From Candidatus Bathyarchaeia archaeon (GTDB lineage Archaea; Thermoproteota; Bathyarchaeia; Bathyarchaeales; Bathyarchaeaceae), in NCBI GenBank assembly GCA_046760805.1, contig JBHIEV010000003.1:1-53579 (forward strand): DNA of 53,579 nucleotides. Direction: 5' to 3'. Below, piece by piece: positions 46,883 to 53,579 of this stretch (position 1 is its first letter; each line of letters starts with the position of its first letter). The notes beneath the pieces are model-generated. The model was not told where the DNA came from, ran no database searches, and saw only the letters and a list, made by a program, of their open reading frames with translations. Position numbers and translations under genes: made by a program.

Positions 46883-47704
46883 TCAAATGAATCTCTTCAC
46901 GTAAAATAAAGCGCCTAGAACCGATAAGACAGCCCCACTAAGGTAGAACATTGTTTGAATAAGGACATGTGTAACCTCCCCAAAAGTTGTAAATATGTAT
47001 TCACCAACGGCAGTGTATGATGTTGCTAACCCCATAAGCACCATAATTAACCCCGGGATTAACATAGCTAGACTAAACGTCACCTTCGGCAGTTCTTGTT
47101 TTAAGCTGTGTGTTCTTACATGCTCTGGCACAACGGAAGGAACGGCTACTGCTACAGCACGTATCAATGGTGGCGTGATCACCAGAACAAACGGAAGCAT
47201 CGTGATGAACCACCAAATTGTGAGACCTATTGAGAGAAAAGTCAGAGTTGACGGATTAAATTCCAGTGCACTAGCATAAAGCAGCTTAAAGCAAAAGACG
47301 TACAAAAAGGCAACGATGAGGTTAGCAACTGTAAGCGTTATGTTGGAAGCCAGAATGAACCTTTTCCAAGTAAATTTCTTCTTAACTATGTAGCCGAATA
47401 GATAGAAACCTATGAAGTTCCCTGGCACCGCCGCGATCAAACTTCCAGGGTAAAGGTATCCATGCTTTACAGAATCCGCTATTAATGTACCTAGGGCAGC
47501 GCCAATTCCAGCGGGCATCGGACCGAAAATGATTGCGAAAAATGCCGGTATAAAAACCGCAGGTCTGAACTGACCAAAACCCCACGGAGAAGGTATATAT
47601 GCCGTTAAATAAGAACCCACGGCGTAGAGACCTGCACATAGAGCCATTGCTACGCTCAAAAGGGATAGTGGGTGTTGCTTCTTATTCGCTGGTTCGCCAC
47701 TCAT
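46883..47704 (-). CDS. ECF S-component-like membrane protein
   Basis: Multi-TM; GQFRPAV..FGPMPAGIGAALGTLIAD. Confidence 0.65.
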   Translation of the reverse strand: MSGEPANKKQHPLSLLSVAMALCAGLYAVGSYLTAYIPSPWGFGQFRPAVFIPAFFAIIFGPMPAGIGAALGTLIADSVKHGYLYPGSLIAAVPGNFIGFYLFGYIVKKKFTWKRFILASNITLTVANLIVAFLYVFCFKLLYASALEFNPSTLTFLSIGLTIWWFITMLPFVLVITPPLIRAVAVAVPSVVPEHVRTHSLKQELPKVTFSLAMLIPGLIMVLMGLATSYTAVGEYIFTTFGEVTHVLIQTMFYLSGAVLSVLGALFYVKRFI

Positions 47705-47847
47705 TTTTGTCCTCAACGCTCGTGACTATTATTGTTAAATAAGGATTTTGTATGAATTGTCTAAACCCATACAGACTTGAAAATCAGAGATTTTCCGCCA
47801 TTTTCCCTTTAAGTGTCTGTTTGGAAGGAAATCGCTGTGATGCTTGT

Positions 47848-48411
47848 CTATTTCTCTTTGGCGATCATTACTTCTGTGGCTTTGATGACTGCTTCTACGT
47901 TGTCTCCCGTTCTTATGTTGAGCTCCTCAACAGCCTCTCTTGATATTAGAGCGGTTATCACCGTAGGTGTGCTTATCTCTATCTTGACCTTCGAAGCAAC
48001 TTTCCCCTTCTCTACCTCCCTAACGATGCCGCCTAGCCGATTTCTGGCACTTATCTTCAATCCAACCGCCTCCCAATGCTCCTCATCAACCAGAATCTCA
48101 CCAACATAACCCTCAACCCTCCTATACTCCCTCAACACGCTCTCGCCGTGCTCCGTTAGCCTCGCTCCGCCCCCTCCTGTCGTTCCCCCTTTAAAGGTCT
48201 CCACGACGGGTTCTTGCAGAGCCTTTTGCATCTTGTCGAGATAGTTCCACACATATCGATACGACATCCCCACCTTTCTAGCAGCCTTGGAAATCGAACC
48301 TTCCTCTCTTATGGCTTCTAGAATGTCGGCACCACCCTTGCCAAGAATCGGCTCCCCCTTGTATTCGAGCCAGACTTTGCACGAGGGCTTATGTTTTTCA
48401 TCAGTGAGCAT
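47848..48411 (-). CDS. modE: ModE-like regulator (wHTH + TOBE)
   Basis: GSISKAARKVGMSYRYVW, GGGARLT, ISARN, VIKATEV. Confidence 0.9.
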   Translation of the reverse strand: MLTDEKHKPSCKVWLEYKGEPILGKGGADILEAIREEGSISKAARKVGMSYRYVWNYLDKMQKALQEPVVETFKGGTTGGGGARLTEHGESVLREYRRVEGYVGEILVDEEHWEAVGLKISARNRLGGIVREVEKGKVASKVKIEISTPTVITALISREAVEELNIRTGDNVEAVIKATEVMIAKEK

Positions 48412-48456
48412 TTTCCGAATAAGATTAGAACCGTTATGCATATAAGGATGCTTGAG

Positions 48457-48480
48457 CGATATGAATAGCTAAACATAACG
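48457..48480. promoter_or_regulatory. ModE-box-like palindrome
   Basis: CGATATG-N10-CATAACG between divergent modE and tupA; extra half-site CCGTTATG at 48431-48438. Confidence 0.7.
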
Positions 48481-48490
48481 GGCTCTCAAA

Positions 48491-49468
48491 ATGCAAAAGA
48501 ACATCACAACCTGGGTAATTGCCCTGGTCCTCGTCGCTGTCGTTTCCATCGCCGGAACTGTCTATTATGTTGGAGGCGGTCCAAAGAGAAAACTAGTGGT
48601 TTCCACCACCACCAGCCTCTATGACACTGCACTACTCGAAACCATCGAAGATCGGTTCGAAGCAAAATATTCCATAGACCTATATTTCATATCAGTTGGA
48701 ACAGGTTTGGCGATAACCCATGCCCAGAGAGGAGACGCTGACATGATCCTAGTGCACGCACCATCACAGGAACTATCCTTTCTTGAAGGAGGGTATGGAA
48801 CCTGCAGAAAAATCGTCGCATACAACTTCTTCGCCATAGTAGGGCCAGAAGAAGATCCCGCAAAAATCAAAGGTTTGCCACCCACCCAAGCCTTGTCGAA
48901 GATCGTGGAAACTGCAAGGAGCCGACGCGCAACATGGGTTTCAAGGGGAGACGATTCGGGAACCCATGCCAAAGAGAAAGCTTTGTGGACCGCCGCTGGC
49001 TTCAATTGGACCCTTGTACGAGAAGAGGAGTGGTACGTGGAAGCTGGCACTGGAATGGGAAAGACGCTGCAGGTCGCAGACAATCTTGACGCCTACACCT
49101 TAGCAGACATGGGTACCTACCTCAAATACCACAAAGATGGAATAGTCCTCCTGAAAACCCTGATAACTCAAGGAGAAGAACTGCTCAACGTCTATAGCGC
49201 CATCGCAGGCAATTCAACAAGACACCCCTACATAAACTTTGACGACGCCATCACTTTCATAAAATTCCTCATATCAGAAGAAGGACAGGAAATAATCGCA
49301 AACTTCGGCAAAGGCGTGTACGGTCGAAGTCTCTTCTATCCAGCAGTCAATCTTCTAAAAGAGAACACAGACTCGACAATGGTTCAGTGGATAAAAAGCT
49401 ATGCTTTCTTCGACGGACACGAATGCCCTCCAGAATATTGGAGTAATCATCCTGAGCTCTACACTTAA
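48491..49468 (+). CDS. tupA: Tungstate ABC transporter substrate-binding protein
   Basis: TTTS motif, VGTG, VHAP, SRGDDSGTH, GMG. Confidence 0.93.
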   Translation: MQKNITTWVIALVLVAVVSIAGTVYYVGGGPKRKLVVSTTTSLYDTALLETIEDRFEAKYSIDLYFISVGTGLAITHAQRGDADMILVHAPSQELSFLEGGYGTCRKIVAYNFFAIVGPEEDPAKIKGLPPTQALSKIVETARSRRATWVSRGDDSGTHAKEKALWTAAGFNWTLVREEEWYVEAGTGMGKTLQVADNLDAYTLADMGTYLKYHKDGIVLLKTLITQGEELLNVYSAIAGNSTRHPYINFDDAITFIKFLISEEGQEIIANFGKGVYGRSLFYPAVNLLKENTDSTMVQWIKSYAFFDGHECPPEYWSNHPELYT

Positions 49469-49485
49469 TAGGGTGATCTTGAACT

Positions 49486-50139
49486 TTGTGGGAATTTCTC
49501 GAGGAGCCAATACTTCAGGTAACATTTAGGTCCCTCCAAATATCTGGAACGGCCACACTGCTCTCTGCCTTGTGGGGTCTCCCATTAGGCATAGCTATCG
49601 GCACAAAAACCTTTGCTGGAAAACAATTGGTAAGAGGGGTATTCAACGCTTTACTTGGATTACCAACTGTGGCTCTAGGGCTAATTCTATACCTTCTTTT
49701 CTCCAAATCTGGGGCTCTAGGTTTTTTACAACTCTTTCCAAGTCCCCAAGCCATAATAATAGGCCAAGCGATTCTTGTGACTCCAATAATAGTTAGCTTA
49801 ACGATCAGCGCCGTGGAATCTGTAGAGCCCGAAATAAAAGACTTGGCAAAGACTTTGGGAGCCTCCGACACTGAGGCTTCTGTTGCTGTTTTGAGAGAGT
49901 CTACGAGAGGAGTTGTGTTGGCCATCATAACGAGTTTTAACAGAGCCATAGCTGAACTAGGAGTTGCTCTCGCCGTTGGCGCAAACATTCGGGGAAGGAC
50001 CCAAGTGCTAACAACAGTCATCGCTATGGAAGTTACCAGAGGAAACATAGAATACAGCATTCAACTGACGATGATACTGCTGGCAATAGTTTTCTCCATT
50101 ACCATACTCACAAATGTACTCGGGAAACGGACAAGATGA
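49486..50139 (+). CDS. tupB: Tungstate ABC transporter permease
   Basis: LPTVALGL, RAIAELG, GANIRGRTQVLTT. Confidence 0.9.
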   Translation: MWEFLEEPILQVTFRSLQISGTATLLSALWGLPLGIAIGTKTFAGKQLVRGVFNALLGLPTVALGLILYLLFSKSGALGFLQLFPSPQAIIIGQAILVTPIIVSLTISAVESVEPEIKDLAKTLGASDTEASVAVLRESTRGVVLAIITSFNRAIAELGVALAVGANIRGRTQVLTTVIAMEVTRGNIEYSIQLTMILLAIVFSITILTNVLGKRTR

Positions 50140-51197
50140 AATCGCTAATCAAACTTAAAAACATCACAAAACGTTATGGAGAAATAACTGCTCTAGCCGG
50201 CGTGAGCTTAGAGGTCGCAGAACAAGAAGTCTTTACGGTTCTGGGTCCAAACGGTTCGGGAAAGACAACAATGCTTAGAATAATGGCTTCCATCGACGAG
50301 CCAACCAGCGGAGAAGTGTTCTTCGATGGCCAGAAAATCAACAACGGCAACAAAAATCAAACTAGAAAGAGAAGCACTATGGTTTTCCAGAGAACAACCC
50401 TCTTCAACACTACAGTCTATAAAAACATTGCCTACGGACTCAAGCTGAGAGGCTACTCCAAAATACAAACAGAAAAGAAAATTAAAGAAGCCCTAAGTCT
50501 AGTAAAACTTGCGGGATATGAGAAGCGCCCTGCAAAGAAACTTTCTGGCGGAGAACAACAGAGAGTTGCTCTAGCTAGAGCTCTCGCACTGGATACAAAG
50601 CTTCTGCTCCTAGATGAACCCACAGCAAATCTAGACCCGAAAAACGTTTCTATCGTCGAAGAAACAATCTCCCGCGTCAATCGTGAATTCAACACAACAA
50701 TAGTGATGGCTACACATAACCTGTTTCAGGCGGAAACCCTAACCAATAGGGTCGCTCTTCTCCTTGGAGGTAGGATAGCACAGATAGGTGCGCCCCAAGA
50801 GATCTTTAGAGGATCATCAACAAACCTAGCAAGTTTTGCAAGGCTCGAAAATGTTTTTTATGGCAACTCAAAAATTCTTCGAGAAGGGACCTCAGTCATA
50901 GAGGTCGACGACGGAATAGAGATAGAAGCTGCCATGAAGAAATCTGGAAAGGTCACGGTCTTTGTGAGACCTGAAGATATAATTCTTTCAAAGAAACTTC
51001 TGCCCTCGAGCGCGAGGAATGGGTTCAAAGGAAAGATCGTTGAAATCTCGGATTTAGGATCGGTGGTGAGAATGAAGGTTGACACTGGCAAGAATTTCGT
51101 CGTACAAATCACTAAGCGGTCTTTCCTCGAGATGAAACTCAACGTTGGCTCTGTGGTTTTCCTCACGTTCAAGGCGTCGTCTGTCTGCGTGGTATGA
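50136..51197 (+). CDS. tupC: Tungstate ABC transporter ATPase with TOBE domain
   Basis: GPNGSGKT, LSGGE, LLDEPT, C-terminal FKAS. Confidence 0.9.
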   Translation: MKSLIKLKNITKRYGEITALAGVSLEVAEQEVFTVLGPNGSGKTTMLRIMASIDEPTSGEVFFDGQKINNGNKNQTRKRSTMVFQRTTLFNTTVYKNIAYGLKLRGYSKIQTEKKIKEALSLVKLAGYEKRPAKKLSGGEQQRVALARALALDTKLLLLDEPTANLDPKNVSIVEETISRVNREFNTTIVMATHNLFQAETLTNRVALLLGGRIAQIGAPQEIFRGSSTNLASFARLENVFYGNSKILREGTSVIEVDDGIEIEAAMKKSGKVTVFVRPEDIILSKKLLPSSARNGFKGKIVEISDLGSVVRMKVDTGKNFVVQITKRSFLEMKLNVGSVVFLTFKASSVCVV

Positions 51198-51220
51198 TTG
51201 ACCGGCGTCCATACATCCAA

Positions 51221-51442
51221 TTATTTCCCAGATTTCTCTTCCTTGAGCTCATAGAGAATCACGAGCGCTTCGCCTGAAGGTATACCCAGTCTGACGGCTA
51301 GGTCGCTGGGGGTGATGTTTGGCTGCTCGTGGAGAACAACGTCTCTAACGTAAGCCTTGTGATGGGGATACATGATCATTCCATGGACTGTCTCTACAAG
51401 AATGGACCATAGGGGATTCTTTACATAGTCCTGCAGGCTCAT
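51221..51442 (-). CDS. Small hypothetical protein (HTH-like C-terminus)
   Basis: 73 aa; ITPSDLAVRLGIPSGEALVIL; AAGGAG RBS. Confidence 0.7.
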   Translation of the reverse strand: MSLQDYVKNPLWSILVETVHGMIMYPHHKAYVRDVVLHEQPNITPSDLAVRLGIPSGEALVILYELKEEKSGK

Positions 51443-51575
51443 ACTCCTTCAAGACTTATTCGTATTTTCTGTGTAAATTAGTTTGCCGTGCATCACATGG
51501 GCTGTTCTATGAAAGACTTGAAGTTTGCATTGAAGAAGAAAATGAGGAGTATTTTACATCCTTGTAAGAGTTCTA

Positions 51576-52124
51576 CTATCTAGTAGATAGACTCGCCAAC
51601 TCGTCACGTCGAACCTTAACAGTGTCATAAACCCTTTTGCGAAGCTTCTCTCCAGACAACTGCATTCTACGGATCATACCGATCATTTCAGCCAATCCGG
51701 AGTCGCCTAATTCCTGAAGCCAAGACTCGAAATCCCCGCGAAGCATGTGAAACTCGATGGACTTCGGGTTGATTTCCTGAATCTTTTCGCAGAAGTCTGC
51801 GAGGCTATTTGCGTAAACGCCCATGTATTTGCCAATCTCTGTGTAGAAGTGGAAAGCCTTCTCCACGGGCAACTCTCGTAAGATGTATGATGCCTTTTTC
51901 TTATCCACTTTTGGCAGTCCTATGGCTTCTCTCCCAGACTCGGTTATAGCGTAGCAGTCCTTCTTGGGTGTAGAGACATATCCTGCTTTTCCAAGCCAGA
52001 GCAGATGCATAGTCGACGAGGAAACACTTAACCCAGTCTCTCTCGCTATGTCCTGAAGCTTCACAGGTTCTCCAGCGCCTGACAATACCTTCAGGATCTT
52101 CTTCTTATCTTGACTTATACTCAT
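51576..52124 (-). CDS. wHTH + DUF5752-like domain protein
   Basis: N-terminal HTH; AFHFY..ANSL..SIEFH..GDFESW. Confidence 0.8.
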   Translation of the reverse strand: MSISQDKKKILKVLSGAGEPVKLQDIARETGLSVSSSTMHLLWLGKAGYVSTPKKDCYAITESGREAIGLPKVDKKKASYILRELPVEKAFHFYTEIGKYMGVYANSLADFCEKIQEINPKSIEFHMLRGDFESWLQELGDSGLAEMIGMIRRMQLSGEKLRKRVYDTVKVRRDELASLSTR

Positions 52125-52308
52125 CGTGACATTCGCCTCCTAGAGACGTACATTGCTGTTATGTTTAAAAGCTTTTTCAGTGTTTTCGTCACTTACATGA
52201 AACATTCGAATAGAATTTTTCGAAAAGATTACTGTTTCCAACTTTCTTTGACTATTTTGATGATAATAGGCGAAAAATGTTGATTCCCATAGGGGAGATC
52301 TACGCCTG

Positions 52309-52800
52309 CTAGGGTGCATCCGCCTCAAAATGGCCATGAGAAAGCCTTGGCTTCGCTAGATACCATGCCACAAAACACCCTGCGACTCCAACCGTCACAT
52401 CTATTGCCCCGTCGATATTGGGCAGGGTTATTGGAAAGCTGAAGAAAGGTTCAGGCGTGGACCCGAAAAGAGGGAATACGAATCGTTCGCTCAACTCCCA
52501 CAACAAACCTCCGACTAGGATAAATCCCAGTAATCTGATCATCAAATCTCCTCGTCGTGAGTTCTTCTTCCCAAGCCTTTTGATCAGCAACGCATCCATG
52601 GCCAACGCGTTAGCGGTCTTGCTTGCTACTTCGGATAGGACAAACCCAAACAGAAAATGTTCAAGTGTATCAAGTTCTGGTACAATTTGGTGCAATAATA
52701 GGAAGTCCAGAAAAACCACGGATAAAAGTAAAAAGCCTAGTGAAACCAATTTCTTGTCTAGCAAAACCCCTCTGACTATTTTTGAAATATTCTCGCTCAT
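52309..52800 (-). CDS. Membrane protein (VanZ/DUF2238-like)
   Basis: DTLEHFLFG, LWELSE, DGAID in TM context. Confidence 0.6.
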   Translation of the reverse strand: MSENISKIVRGVLLDKKLVSLGFLLLSVVFLDFLLLHQIVPELDTLEHFLFGFVLSEVASKTANALAMDALLIKRLGKKNSRRGDLMIRLLGFILVGGLLWELSERFVFPLFGSTPEPFFSFPITLPNIDGAIDVTVGVAGCFVAWYLAKPRLSHGHFEADAP

Positions 52801-53006
52801 ATTTACTCACAATTAGAGGGTTTACTTGGTATGAAAAGCTTTTGAATGTGCTTGCCTTTGTCAGATTTTGAGCGCAGTCGTTGCCTTTGAATCCTAGGTG
52901 TTCTTCGCTGGTTGGGCAATTGGCCTGGCATCCTTTATCAAGCAAACACTCAAAAGCTTTAATTCATTTGTTTTAGTAACATAGATTGAATGTGATAGGT
53001 GGTCAA

Positions 53007-53264
53007 ATGGCTGAGCAGCCTCGCAGAAGAAGGGCGCGTCATGACATACTCATGAAAATTCTGAAGACTGCCAAAGGTGGCACGAAAAAGACAAATATAA
53101 TGTTTAAAGCTAGGTTGAGCTTCTCTCAGCTGGAGAAGTATCTAGAAGCTCTTAACGAGGGGGGTTTCATAACTGAGAAGTCCGGCGTATGGACGACAAC
53201 CGAGAAGGGGCTTCACGTTATTGAGGCTTGCGAGATCTGTCTCCATCTCACGAAGGGAGTCTAG
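53007..53264 (+). CDS. Archaeal winged-helix regulator (HTH_45-like)
   Basis: RRARHDILMKIL..KTNIMFKARLS..TTEKG. Confidence 0.85.
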   Translation: MAEQPRRRRARHDILMKILKTAKGGTKKTNIMFKARLSFSQLEKYLEALNEGGFITEKSGVWTTTEKGLHVIEACEICLHLTKGV

Positions 53265-53358
53265 TAAAAGAAGAAAAAACTAAGCCATGAAATTGGGTAC
53301 TGAAGAGCGTCTGGCCTGCTTCATCAGGCTTATTTGCGGGTGTTTCTCCCCTTCGGTG

Positions 53359-53574
53359 TCAGCGCTTCTTCTGCTGTGTAGTGGTGGAAGCCCGAGTTCT
53401 ACTTTTCAGAATCTCAATCTCTTTTCTTAGGTTCATCATCTCGAAGAAGAGAAAGATGTTTCCGTGTCTCATGAACTGTTCCACCTTTTGGGTGGCGGTC
53501 TCTCTATTGATTCCGTCACCGACTCTGTCAACCATCTCTTTCAAAATCTCTTCTTTTTTGCTCAACATTTTCAC
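53359..53574 (-). CDS. Small hypothetical protein
   Basis: 71-aa ORF at window edge; no recognisable motif. Confidence 0.5.
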   Translation of the reverse strand: MKMLSKKEEILKEMVDRVGDGINRETATQKVEQFMRHGNIFLFFEMMNLRKEIEILKSRTRASTTTQQKKR

Positions 53575-53579
53575 AAAGA

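Noticed and set aside
52160-52965. Repeated AAAAGCTTT palindromes
   Set aside because: Positions fit ordinary BRE/TATA-type promoter sequence rather than operators
1-53579. CRISPR arrays, transposases, integrases, inteins
   Set aside because: No regularly spaced repeats or such ORFs seen; RpoA and RpoB have normal lengths

Overview
Archaeal chromosomal segment, most consistent with a TACK archaeon such as Bathyarchaeia (inference from fused RpoA'/A'', unsplit RpoB, unlinked 5S rRNA, DUF1512 and non-canonical tRNA introns). It is mostly housekeeping: Rad50-like ATPase C-terminus, rpoB-rpoA-L30e-nusA-S12, trpS/pheS/pheT, map, class II HMG-CoA reductase, prs-trm11-rnz, thpR-cca, coaD and a ModE-like regulator with tupABC. 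RNA genes are 5S rRNA, tRNA-Asp(GTC) with a D-loop intron, tRNA-Trp(CCA) with three introns (one carrying a self-targeting C/D guide) and tRNA-Pro(TGG). Accessory material is a decayed MNT-HEPN/IrrE-like island beside tRNA-Pro, a rearranged AbrB/PIN pair and several pseudogenes. The most interesting unannotated signals are non-coding: a ~250-nt promoter-bearing structured RNA at 16185-16430 (H/ACA-like), long structured 5' leaders on rpoB, trpS and pheS, a tandem palindromic operator before a wHTH-Hsp20-TraB operon, and a sharp gene-strand-independent G+T to C+A skew flip at ~32555. All calls are by eye from motifs; no database searches or folding programs were run.
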